Source: Paragordius varius (Eukaryota; Animalia; Nematomorpha). Taken from it: 64,000 nt of DNA. The position numbers were made by a program, and so were the translations under genes. Each line of letters starts with the position of its first letter. Positions within the stretch are counted from its first letter, which is position 1. The stretch is from assembly GCA_964247055.1 (NCBI GenBank), contig OZ176060.1:806001-870000 (forward strand), read 5' to 3'. Shown here in pieces: positions 1 to 12,338 of this stretch. The notes beneath the pieces are model-generated. The model saw nothing but the letters and a program-made list of their open reading frames with translations, was not told the origin of the DNA and did no database searches.

Positions 1-277
1 AAAATTCTATCAGCTGTCCTGCCATATGGTTATTAGCATTATTTATTTTATTAAAAAGTATTTATTTATTTAAATAAATTTATAATTTTTTTTTAAAATA
101 AAATAATATATCAATAATATAAATTATCAGCTGTAATAAATATTTTTTTATTTATAACATCAATTTTATTAAAATTCCTTTTTAAATAAGATAATTTAAT
201 ATAATATTTTAATTTTTATATAATATTTAAATAAATAAATTATATTAATTTAATTTTTTATATTATTTATGTTTTAG

Positions 278-348
278 GAATCCAAATCAACTGATAGTGG
301 AAAACAACAGCTGTTTAAAGCCGTTTGGGAAAAATATTCTGCAATTGG
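278..348 (+). CDS. Internal exon of an unidentified gene whose 5' part lies upstream of the window; reads ESKSTDSGKQQLFKAVWEKYSAI(G)
   Basis: GC-richer island after a pyrimidine tract and ttttag acceptor (AG 276-277); open frame from 278; GT donor at 349. It ends in phase 2 (GG) and joins the exon at 1280 (A) to give GGA with the frame maintained. Confidence 0.55.
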
Positions 349-1279
349 GTTTTTATTAAATTAAATAATTTATTTTCTAACTATTTTTAAAATTAAAAAA
401 TATTTTTATATATTAGGTTTATAATTAAATTTTTAGAAAAAATATTTTTCCATATTTTATTGATAATTTTGTAAAATATCAGCTGCTTTGATCAAATGAA
501 AATAGTTTATTTTTCAAAAATCAGCTGTTTTAATATAAAAATTTAATTAAAATTAAAAATAAAAAATTATTTTATAAATAATATTACCAAATATATAGAG
601 AGAAAAATTTAAATATTATTAAATATTTCAATTGTTTGTTTAATGATTTTTTATTAAAAAATAATATTTTATGTTTTGGTAATTATTCTTTTATATTTTT
701 TTACTTAAAATTATATAGAATATAAAATAAAATTTAATTTTATTTCAAAACAGCTGTATAAAAAAAATTTATTTAAATAATAATACATTAACTAATTCTT
801 ATATTAATATTAAAAAATATTTATTTAATTTATTTTATTTTTAATAGTTTTTTATTAAACAGCTGTAATTATAATTTTATTCTAAATTAATTTAGTATTT
901 ATTTTTTTTTATAATTTTTTAATATTTATGAAAAATTTAAATAAATAAATTAAAAAAAAAATAGGGATATTAATATAAAAATAATATTTTTTAAATAATG
1001 TAATTTATATATTTCAAAATAAAAAATTTTAAAATTATTTTTTTATATTTTTATTTAAAACAGCTGTTTAAAATAAATTTATTTTATGGGTATTTAGTAT
1101 TTTTTTATATTTTAAAATGGTATATTAATATAAATACTTATTTTTTAATATTTTTTATTCAAAACAGCTTTTTTAATTCAAAACAACTATTTTAATAAAT
1201 ATATTTAATTATATATTATATTTAATAATTTTTTATTCAAACAGCTGTTTTTTAAAAAAATATTTTTTTTATTCTTTAG

Positions 1280-1340
1280 ATTCGATGAAGTCTCAAAGAT
1301 GGAACCACCGCCCCCTTATAAAATTCTCATTAATAAATAA
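1280..1340 (+). CDS. Terminal exon of the same unidentified gene; reads FDEVSKMEPPPPYKILINK*
   Basis: ttctttag acceptor (AG 1278-1279), GC-rich codons in ~90% AT surroundings, stop TAA at 1338-1340, phase-compatible with exon 278-348. Product not recognised. Confidence 0.6.
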
Positions 1341-2149
1341 AATATTTTATAAACAGCTGTTTAAAATAAATATTTTTATATCAGCTGTTTGAAATAAATT
1401 TTTTTTATATTAATTTGATTTATTTATATATTTTTATTTTATTTTTTAATTATATATTTAGTTTTAATTCGAGATAAATATTTAAAAGTTTAATAAATCA
1501 GCTGTTTGAAATAAATATTTTTGTAAATATTTTAAATTTATATGTTTGCTTGATATATTACTTTTAAAATATTAAATATAATAAATATATAAATTATTTA
1601 TATAATTTTTGTAATTAGTTATTTTTTATTTTTTTTTATTATATAAATTTATTTATAATTTTTTATATTTTCATTTTATCAATTGAAAAAATTTATAATC
1701 AGCTTAAAATTATTTTTTTATATTATTATTAAATAATTATTATAAAATCTAATTTTTTACAAATTCTTAAAAATATATAATATTTTATAAATCAGCTGTT
1801 TGAAATATTATATTACACCAGCTTATTTTTAAAATCAGCTGTTAAATAATTTTTATAATCAGCTGTTATGAGTGGATTTTTTATTCGTACGTTTGCTTAA
1901 AGGTCACTACCCTCTTTTTAAAAATTTTAAATAAATTTAAAAAAAAACTTTTTATATATCAGCTGTTAATTAAAATATTTTTTATGTTTTATTTTTATCT
2001 AAATATTTGAAAAAAAATGAAAACAATAAATATTTTAATAAATCAGGTGTTTTTAAAAAAAAATATATTTTTATGAATCAGCTGTTTCAATATATTTTTA
2101 TATATTTAATATTTAAATTAATAATAATTAATTCTTCATAAAAGACTGG

Positions 2150-2722
2150 GAAAAAGCAGACCACATTTATATTATAACAAAAAAAAAATATCAAACAAAA
2201 GCAGACGATATTGAACTTTAAATGGCAGACGATTCATAGATTTATATCATAAGGCAAACGATTTAGTATATTTGAAACGACAGACGAATTTATTTCATAT
2301 GAAAAGGCAGACGATTAAATTAAAGGAAAAGGCGCAGACGACAATAATTTTAAAACCCAAAGGCAGACGATAATAAATTTAAATGATAAGGCGCAGACGA
2401 CAATAATTTGAAATCCAACAGCCGATTAAATGAATTTCAAATGAAAAGGCAGACGATTAAATGAACAAATGAATAGGCAGAAGATTAAATGAATTTCAAA
2501 TGAAAAGGTAGACGATATGAATTTCAAATGAATAGGCAGACGATTAAATGAATTTCAAATGAAAAGGCAGACGATTAAATGACAAATGAATAGGCAGACG
2601 ATTAAATGAATTTCAAATGAAAAGGCAGACGATTAAATGACAAATGAATAGGCAGACGATTAAATAAATTTGAAATGACAAAGCGCAGACGATATTAATT
2701 AAAAATCGCAAATCAGACGACA
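2150..2722 (+). repeat. Polar GCAGACGA(T) array 1 (~25-30 bp period)
   Basis: About 15 exact and several variant copies, all in the same orientation; near-perfect 58 bp dimer repeats at ~2520-2660. Confidence 0.9.
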
Positions 2723-2989
2723 TATATTTAAAGTTAAAACCAAAAATATCTAAACTAAAAAAACTAGTAAATAAATAAAATATTCATAAAAAAAATTAAA
2801 TAAAAAATTTAAAAAAAATTAAATTTATTTAATAATTTATATAAATAAGGAGAAAATTTTCAGATATTTTTAAATGAAAATATGAAACTAGAAAACTTTA
2901 TTGCATTAAAAAAAATTTAAAAAAAAATAAAAAAATTAAAAAATTTAAAACTTATAAAATTAAAACTAAAAATTTAATAAAATTAAGAA

Positions 2990-5430
2990 AAATATTTGTC
3001 TTTATATTATTTTACTCAAACAAACAAAAAGAAAATAAAAAATATTATGTAAAATATTTAACTTTAAAAGTATAAAATAAAATAATTAATTTTAATAATA
3101 ATTTACATTATTTAAAATTTATTATTATAGAATTAATTAATTAATTCAAATAATTTATTTTATTCAAATATCAGCTGTTTATGTTTTTTTAAAACAATTA
3201 TTTGTCTTTATATTATTTTACTCAAAAAAAAATAAAAAAGATTAGTTTATGTTTTTTAAAACAATTATGTGTATTTATATTATTTTACTCAAAAAAATGT
3301 TTTTTTTTATTTTTTATTGAATGAAATAAATTATAATAAAATAATTAATTTTAATAATAATTTATTTTATTTAAATATAAAATAAATTAAATTTAATTTA
3401 TTTTATTCAAATCATCAGCTGATTAGTTTATGTTTTTTTAAAACAATTATTTGTCTTTTTATTTTTTAATATTATATATATTATTTTTTTTAAAAATTAT
3501 TAATATATTATATTTTTATAAAATATTTGTTTTTTATAAAAAAAATAGAAAATTATTAATTTAATAAATTTTTATAAATTTAGTTTATGTTTTTAGTTTT
3601 ATTTTTTTATTTCTTTTGAAAAAGAAATAAAATGTGTGTTTCGTTTGATTGAAACAATGCAACAATGTTGTTTTCTAAACACTTTTTTGTTTCTTTTTTT
3701 TTCTTAAGAAAAAGCAAAAAAAAAGATTAGTTTATGTTTTTTTAAAACAATTATTAGTCTTTATATTATTTTATATGAATAATATAATGTTTTTTTTATA
3801 ATATTTCACTCCAAAAGTATTATAAAATAATTAATTTCAATAATAATATATTTTATTTAAATATCAGCTTATTTTAAAACAATTATTTGTCTTTTATTTT
3901 TTTGTTTGAAAAAAAAAGAAAAAAAATGTTTTTTGTTAATTTTATAAAATGTGTGTGTTTCGTTTGGTTGAAACAATGCAACAATGTTGTTTCTAAACAC
4001 ACTTTTTTTGTCTTTTCTTTTTTCTTAAGAAAAAGCAAAAAAAAATAGTTTATGTTTTTTTAAAACAATTATTTGTCTTTTTATTATTTTTGCTTTAAAA
4101 AATGATTTTTTTTATTTTTGAAAAATGATATTTTTTATAAAAAAAGAGAAAATTATTAAATTAATGAATTTTTATAAATTTTTATTTTATTTTTTTTTGT
4201 TTTAATAATAATTTATTTTATTTAAATATCAGCTGATTAGTTTATGTTTTTTTAAAACAATTTTTTCTCTTTTTATTTTTTTACAAATTATTTATATATT
4301 AATGTTTTTATAAAATAATATTTTTTATAAAAAAATAGAAAATCGTTATTTTTGAAAAATGAAATATATTATAATAAAATAATTAATTTTAATAGTAATT
4401 TATTTTATTTTAATATATTATTATTATTATAGAATTAATTAATTATTTAAAATAAATAATTTAATTTATTCTTCAAATATCAGCTGATTATTATTCATTT
4501 ATTTGTTTTTTTTTTAATAAAAATATTTGTCTTTATATTAGTTTATGTTTTTTTAAAACAATTATTTGTCTTTTTATTATTTTTTTTTAATAAAAATATT
4601 TTATTTTTTATTTTTAAATTTTACAAATTATTTATATATTAATATTTTTATAACTAAATAATATTTTTTATAAAAAAATAAAAAATTATTAATTTAATAA
4701 ATTTTTATAAATTTGTTTTATATTTTTTCAAAACAATTATTTGTCTTTATATTATTTTACTCAAAAAAAATATAAAAGATTAGTTTACGTTTTTTTAAAA
4801 CAATTTTTTGTCATTTTATTTTTTTAATAAAATATTTTAATTAAAATTATTGTAAAAAATATTTATATATTAATGTTTTAAAATAATATATTTTAAAAAA
4901 TAGAAAATTATTAAATTAATAATTTTAAATATCACCTGATTGAAACAATGCAACAATGTTGTTTTCTAAACACTTTTTTTTTGTTTCTTTTTTTTTCTTA
5001 AGAAAAAGCAAAAAAAAGATTAGTTTATGTTTTTTTAAAACAATTATTAGTCTTTATATTATTTTTGTTTTAAAAAGTATTTTATAATAATATTTCATTT
5101 CAAAAGTATTATAAAATAATTAATTTTAATAATTATTTATTCTTTAAACATCAGCTGTTTATGTTTTTTGAAAACAATTATTTGTCTTTTTATTTTTTTA
5201 ATATTTTAATTAAAATTATTGTAAAAAATATTTATATATTATATTTTTATAAAATATTTGTTTTTTATAAAACAAATAGAAAATTATTAATTTAATAAAT
5301 TTTTAATTTAATCTATTTTTATTTTATTTTTTTTTAAAACAATTTATTGTCTTTATATTATTTTTCTCAAAAAAAAAAGCTTATTTTATAAATAATTTAT
5401 TTAATTCTTCAAATATCAGCTGTTTAAAAC
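2990..5430. repeat. Degenerate repeat field containing older fragments of the 180 bp satellite unit
   Basis: Recurrent gattagtttatgttttttaaaacaattatttgtc and gattgaaacaatgcaacaatgttg blocks, e.g. ~3640-3745, 3955-4055, 4938-5040. Confidence 0.75.
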
Positions 5431-5433
5431 AAT

Positions 5434-6615
5434 GTTTCGTTTGATTGAAACAATGCAACAATGTTGTTTTCTAAACAAACACTTTTTTTGTTTCTTTTTT
5501 TTTCTTAAGAAAAGAAAGAAAAGAAAAGAAAAGATTAGTTTATGTTTTTAGTTTTATTTCTTTATTTCTTTCTTTATTTCTTTCTTTTGAAAAGAATAAT
5601 AAAATGTGTGTGTGTGTTTCGTTTGATTGAAACAATGCAACAATGTTGTTTTCTAAACAAACACTTTTTTTGTTTCTTTTTTTTCTTAAGAAGAAAGAAA
5701 AGAAAAGATTAGTTTATGTTTTTTAGTTTTATTTCTTTCTTTCTTTCTTTTTCTTTTGAAAAGAATAATAAAATGTGTGTGTGTGTGTTTCGTTTGATTG
5801 AAACAATGCAACAATGTTGTTTTCTAAACAAACACTTTTTTTGTTTCTTTTTTTTCTTAAGAAGAAGAAAGAAAAGAAAAGAAAAGATTAGTTTATGTTT
5901 TTTAGTTTTATTTCTTTCTTTCTTTCTTTTTCTTTTGAAAAGAATAATAAAATGTGTGTGTGTGTGTTTCGTTTGATTGAAACAATGCAACAATGTTGTT
6001 TTCTAAACAAACACTTTTTTTGTTTCTTTTTTTTCTTAAGAAGAAGAAAGAAAAGAAAAGAAAAGATTAGTTTATGTTTTTTAGTTTTATTTCTTTATTT
6101 CTTTCTTTCTTTTGAAAAAGAATAATAAAATGTGTGTGTGTGTGTGTGTTTCGTTTGATTGAAACAATGCAACAATGTTGTTTTCTAAACAAACACTTTT
6201 TTTGTTTCTTTTTTTTCTTAAGAAGAAAGAAAGAAAAGAAAAGAAAAGATTAGTTTATGTTTTTTAGTTTTATTTCTTTCTTTCTTTCTTTTTCTTTTGA
6301 AAAGAATAATAAAATGTGTGTGTGTGTGTTTCGTTTGATTGAAACAATGCAACAATGTTGTTTTCTAAACAAACACTTTTTTTGTTTCTTTTTTTTCTTA
6401 AGAAGAAGAAAGAAAAGAAAAGAAAAGATTAGTTTATGTTTTTTAGTTTTATTTCTTTATTTCTTTCTTTCTTTTGAAAAGAATAATAAAATGTGTGTGT
6501 GTGTGTTTCGTTTGATTGAAACAATGCAACAATGTTGTTTTCTAAACAAACTTTTTTTTTGTTTCTTTTTTTTCTTAAGAAAAAGCAAAAAAAAAAGATT
6601 AGTTTATGTTTTTTA
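5434..6615. repeat. ~180 bp tandem satellite, 7 units
   Basis: Unit starts (gtttcgtttgattgaaacaatgc) at 5434, 5616, 5787, 5966, 6148, 6328 and 6505; internal (GT)n, (CTTT)n and (GAAAA)n tracts vary in length. Confidence 0.95.
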
Positions 6616-6854
6616 AAACCATTATTTGTCTTTTTATTTTTTTTGTTGTTTAAAAATTAAAAAAAATATTTTATTTTATTTTTTTTATTAAGAAATAAAA
6701 TGTTTCGTTAGATTGAAATAATGTTTTTTTACCTAAAGGTTACTTAAAACAAACAAATTTATTTCCAATAATAATATAAAATAATGGCAGTTAATAAGAA
6801 ATAAAGCATATTTTATAATTAAAAAATATTTAAAAAATAATTTTTTTAATTAAT

Positions 6855-8020
6855 TATATCGTCTGCTTCAATCCCATTTATAATCTTTAAATAATATCGT
6901 CTCTATTAATTCTAAATACTATCGTCTGATTATAATTTAGTTTATATTATCGCCTGCTTCTAAACATTAATAATAATAATATTTAAAATCGTCTGATTGA
7001 CTTTTATTTATAATCGTCTGACTTTTACTTTAAATAAAATACCGTCTACTCTAGAAACACCAAAATTAAAAATATCGACTGCTTAAATTATATGTATATA
7101 TAATCGTCTGCTTTTACTTTGAATAAAATATCGTCTGCTCTTGAACCCACAAATACAATAAAATCGTCTGCTTGATATTTATTAATAGTATATGTTATCG
7201 TTTGCTCTTAAACACCTAAATTAAAAATATCGACTGCTTAAATTATATGTATATATCGTCTAATTATTAATATTTATAGTATAAATTATCGTCTGCTCTC
7301 CACAAATAAAATAAAATCGTCTGCTTGATATATATAACCGTTTGATAGTTTAAGTTATCGTCTGCTCTTTAACACCTAAATATTAAAAATATCGGCTGCT
7401 TAAATTAAATGTATATATAATCGTCTGATTATTAATATTTAGTATGAATTACCTTCTGCTCATGATGAAAATATAATTAAATCGCCTGCTTTAGTTCTAT
7501 TTAAAATCGTCTGATTTTTAATATTTAGTATAAAAAGATCGTCTGCTTATATATAATCGTCTGATTATTTTAATTTAGTATAAGTTATCATCTGCTCTTA
7601 AACACGAAAAATTATATCATTCCAAATTCACTAATCGTCTGATGTTTACAGTATAAATTATCTTCTGCTCTTAAACACGAAAAATAGTATAACTTCAGTT
7701 CTATGTAAATCGTCTGATTATTAATATTTAGTATAAAAAGATCGTCTGCTTTAGTTCTATATAAATCGTCTGATTATTTTAATTTAGTTAAGTTATCATC
7801 TGCTCTTAAACACGAAAAATCATATCATTCCAAACTTACTAATCGTCTGTTTGTTACTCAGTGTGAATTATCGTCTGCCTTTTACTCAGTGTGAATTATC
7901 GTCTGCCTGTTACTCAGTGTGAATTATCGTCTGCCTTTAACTCAGTGTGAATTATCGTCTGCCCTTCTCCGAAATAATACAATATCGTCTGATTTTTATT
8001 TGGTAAAAATTATCGTTTGA
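6855..8020 (-). repeat. Polar GCAGACGA array 2 (reads TCGTCTGC on +)
   Basis: About 30 atcgtctg(c/a) copies in one orientation; ends with four 28 bp near-perfect repeats at 7854-7963. Confidence 0.9.
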
Positions 8021-8479
8021 AATTAAATAAATATATTGAAATTATATAATAGAAATTAAAGAAATTATTGAATACAAACGCTTAAATTTAAAAAATTAAA
8101 AAATAGTTTTAAATAAAAATAATTAATAAAATAAAAAAGATTATAAAATATATAATAAATTTTATTTTATTTTTTTACAATAATTTTATTAGAAAAAATA
8201 TTAATAATTTACACCTTGAAAATAATAAAATATATTAAAGATTACAAAAATATAAATTTAATAAAAATTAAAAAAAAAATAAAATTTTTTAAAAAATATA
8301 TATTATTAATAAAAATAAAATAATATAAATATATAAATTAATAAAAAATATTATTTTATTATAAAATATTACTTTATCATTAAATATTTATTTTAATTTA
8401 TTTACAATTTAATCAATAATATTTGGATTATTAAAATATATCATGTGTTAATATGTATGTATAAATATACTTTCCAGTC

Positions 8480-10745
8480 AAAAATCAGCTGTTTAAAAAT
8501 AATAAAACATATGTTTTATATGATAAATAAAAACTCAAATTTTTTTAAAATCAGCTGATAACATAAATTTATAAAATTATTTTTGTTTTATTAATATATA
8601 TTGTATTAACTTACATATATATATATATATAAACATATCAGCTGTTTAGTTAAAAAACTATATCAAACTAATCAGCTTATTAATGAATAAATAAAAACAT
8701 ATGTTCCAATGAATGATTGAACCAACTTTCTAATTACCTATATTAAATTTTATCCTTAATTAGACGATAACGTAAATAAAAAATTTTAATTTTATATATA
8801 AAAAATATATACGTAAAAGTTATCAGCTGTTTTAGTAAAAATATATAGGAGATGATTATAAAAACACATGTTAAAATGAATGTATGAAAATTTTCTAAAA
8901 ACCCTAAATTTTATAATCAGACGATAACGTAAATAAAAAATTTTAATTTTATATATAAAAAATATAAACGTAAAAATTATCAGCTGTTTTAGTAAAAATA
9001 TATAGCAGATGATTATACATATGTAAAAATGAATGCATGAAAACTTAAATCTAAAAAACCTAAATTTTATCCTTAATCAGACGATAACGTAAATAAAAAA
9101 TTAATTTTATAGGTAAAAATATAAATAAAATAAATGTTATCAGATAATTATATAACTTTCCAATCAGCTGATATATGATAGCATAAAAACATATGTTGAA
9201 ATGAATGGAATAACTATACTTGAAAACTTAAATTTATCCTTAATCAAATAATAACGTAAATAAAAAATTAATTTTATAGTTAAAAATAAAGAAATATTTT
9301 TTTATAAATGTTATCAGCTGATTATAAAACTGTCCAATCAGCTGATTTATGAAAACACAAAAACATATGTTGAAAAGAATGAAATAACCCTAGAAAACTT
9401 AAATTTAATCCTTAATCACAGATAATGACGTAAAAATAAAAAATTAATTTTTACACAAAATTTATATTTTTATTTTTGCAGGTTTATCAAATAATTAATT
9501 AACATTATCAGCTGTGATTTTATCAAATAATAACTTAATCAGCTGATTATGATAAAAAACAATGTTAAATGAGTGCACATAACTTTATAAATACTTAAAT
9601 TTAACCCTTAATCAGATAAAGAGGTAAAAATAATAAATTAATTTATACACAAAATTTATTATTTTATTTTGCAGTTTTATCAAATAATTAATTTACATTA
9701 TCAGCTGTGATTTTTTATCAAATAATAACTTAATCAGCTGATTATGATAAAAAACAATGTTAAATGACTGCACAATAAAATTTTATAAATACTCATAAAA
9801 AATATATAAATATATAATTTTTATTTTTATTATCAGCTGATATTTTTTCACCAACAGGTGATATAAAAATGGAAATCATATGTGTAAATAAACTAATAAA
9901 ATAACTTATAATAAATCTAAAAAACGAAATTAATCCTTAATCAGACGATAACGTAAATAAAAAATTAATTTTATACGCAAAAAATTTAAATATATTTTTT
10001 ATTTGATAAATGTTATCAGCTGATTATTAGACAAAACCCAATCACCTGATTATTTATAAAAATAAAAACATGTGTTGAAATGATGACAAGAATAAACTTT
10101 AAATATCTGTAAAAACGTAAATATAATCTTAAATGTAAATAAAAAATTCATCTATATGTAAAAAATATATATTTTTATTTATTTATTCATTTTATTTGAT
10201 AAAATCTCAACTTTTTTAAGACCTAATCAGCTGATAACATGAATTTATGAAATTATTTTTGCTTTATTAATATATAAGGTGGTATAAAAAGACATAAAAA
10301 CTCAGATGTTTATTAAAAGAGACTATATCAATCTAATCAACTGATTTGTGAAAATAAAAACATGAGTTAAAATGAATTCATGAAATAACTTTATAAAAAC
10401 CTAAAAACGTAGATCTTAATCAGATAATAACGTATATTTATAAAATAAATTTTATACGTAAAAATATATAAATATATATTTTATTTAATATTAAAAAGTT
10501 ATCAGCTGATTATTACACAAATTTGTCTATTCGGGTGATATAGTAGAAACCTAGAAAACGTAATTTTATCCTTATTAATAATAATATAAATAAAATTATT
10601 ATACGCAAAAAATATATAAATATACATTTTTTTTATTCTATATTTCAAAACTTTATCAGCTGCTCATGCTATTCAAACACCTGATTTATAAAAACAGAAA
10701 CGTGTGTTGAAATGAATGCATGAAATAACATTATATAATCGAAAT
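8480..10745. repeat. Degenerate ~165-190 bp tandem repeat downstream of ERp44
   Basis: Recurrent ccttaatcagacgataacgtaaataaaaaattaatttt...ttatcagctg...acatatgttgaaatgaatg units at ~8755, 8915, 9075, 9240, 9415, 9605, 9935 and 10415. Confidence 0.8.
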
Positions 10746-10890
10746 TTATATACAAAAAAATAAAAAAAATTGACAAAAAATAATGTTTTCTAAATATAAT
10801 TTTTTTAAATAATTTGAAAACGAAAAATTTGGAATGATATTTGAAATAAAATAATTTATATATTATAAAATATTCTAAAACATTTTTAAA

Positions 10891-10933
<43 letters not shown>

Positions 10934-11545
10934 TTAAATAAAATCATTAAAAATATTTATGAGCTAATTACGTGGGAATAAGTATTTTTATAAAAAAAAA
11001 ATTTTAAATACATATCTTTGCGGAACAAATAAAGCAATCAATATAAAATAATTTATTTTATAAAAATAAAAAAATATATAAAATATATTTACATATAATA
11101 ATTTTTTCGAAAACATTTTTTTTAATAAATATTAGGAATCAAAACAGCTGATAGGGTAAATAGTAAAATGTAAATTAACGTCAACTTGGTAGGATATTTA
11201 TCAGCTGATTATATTGATAAAAAGTGTTTTAATAAATGAATAGTAAGAATATTTTTTTATAAATCGTAATATTTTTATTGAAAAATAATATATATACAAT
11301 TTTTTAAATAAAATTTTCAAATTGCGCGCGCGATAATATCCAATAATTCCAGAATCAGCTGTTTAAAACCATCTGATTAGTTAACACAGTAAAATGTAAT
11401 ATAAAATCTTTTGCATATTATGTATATTTTTCAAAAAAATTATATTCCATAAAAAATATCTGTTTAACATATTGCAATATTCAGAGCAATTTGTATCATT
11501 TTATCATCTGTTATACCATTTAGCGTGCGGTCAAGATCAGCTGAT

Positions 11546-12290
11546 CTACAATTCATCACGTGGGCTGTATTCATCCTCTAGCATGGAGTAACGCGTGTAA
11601 GATGGTTTGAGTTTACTGAAGACAGATTCGACCTTTTGCGTACTTTGTTGCCCAGTGTAATCAGCTGTTTTGGCATCATCTGGTTGAGCGTTGCCGGGGG
11701 CAACAACAACGTTTCCCAAATCAATGTGTATAACATTGGAGGGCGGTGGTGGCGCGTTACCATGGTGATGCCCATGTTCAGAGTTGTGGAATTCGCGGTC
11801 CAGTTTTTCGCTAAATAAATCAGCCACAAATTGAACCAACAGCTGATGCGATGCGTGACCGGGAACAGCTGATGGTTCAAGCGCACTAAAAGGGTGCGGG
11901 AATGCAAACATGTGTGCAAATGAATCTATGGCAATGAGTGGTAAGTCAGCATCCGTTTTGCCCATATGGTGGAGTGGGTGAGCAAAAACGGTGCTACTCG
12001 CATAAACCGGCTGAATCCGATCGGCCCAAGGTGAATCAGCTGATAGAATGGTTGCCATGACAATGCGTTTGAATGTTTCAATGGCTGCTACGTCACGTCG
12101 TGGATTGTAGAAAAGTATAAGGAGCGGTTTATTCCGTTCCGTAAGCTCTTCAGCATTCTCCCGCGTGATTTCAGGGATACGGGGTGTGCAATGTCGAAAA
12201 ATCCATTCACTCATTCGATCCAACAGCTGATTGCTATCGGCTGATGGCGAAGCAGAAGGGAAATGCTCAATCGTTTGTTCATAAGCTGGT
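11546..12290 (-). CDS. ERP44: ERp44 last exon (b' domain, C-tail, RDEL*)
   Basis: Acceptor tatag (AG 12292-12291), phase 2 join AG|A = Arg giving FYRPAYEQ..., same frame as ORF 11546..12223, stop TAG at 11548-11546. Confidence 0.93.
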
Positions 12291-12298
12291 CTATAGTG

Positions 12299-12338
<40 letters not shown>

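Larger units (their letters stand above)
1..2110. repeat. AT-rich region studded with palindromic (AA/AT)CAGCTG(TT/AT) motifs about every 60-150 bp
   Basis: Many aaaacagctgttt and atcagctgttt copies seen directly in the introns and 3' flank of gene 1. Confidence 0.8.

Noticed and set aside
1855-1915. GC-richer island (cagctgttatgagtggattttttattcgtacgtttgcttaaaggtcactaccc) as a possible extra exon or ncRNA
   Set aside because: The upstream exon already ends in a stop with no donor, and no recognisable peptide or RNA fold is present; it may be a 3' UTR element. Left uncalled.
5434-6615. Possible common origin of the 180 bp satellite and the reverse complement of the 140 bp spacer
   Set aside because: Similarity is limited to low-complexity (GAAAA)/(CTTT) and TGTTTT tracts and cannot be distinguished from chance by eye; it needs a shuffled-control alignment.
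5709-6616. ORFs MFFSFISFF... repeated three times, plus an antisense ORF
   Set aside because: They are products of the 180 bp satellite unit with low-complexity composition.
10669-10947. 92 aa minus-strand ORF rich in F, Y, I and K
   Set aside because: It is an AT-rich chance ORF containing a (TA)n tract.
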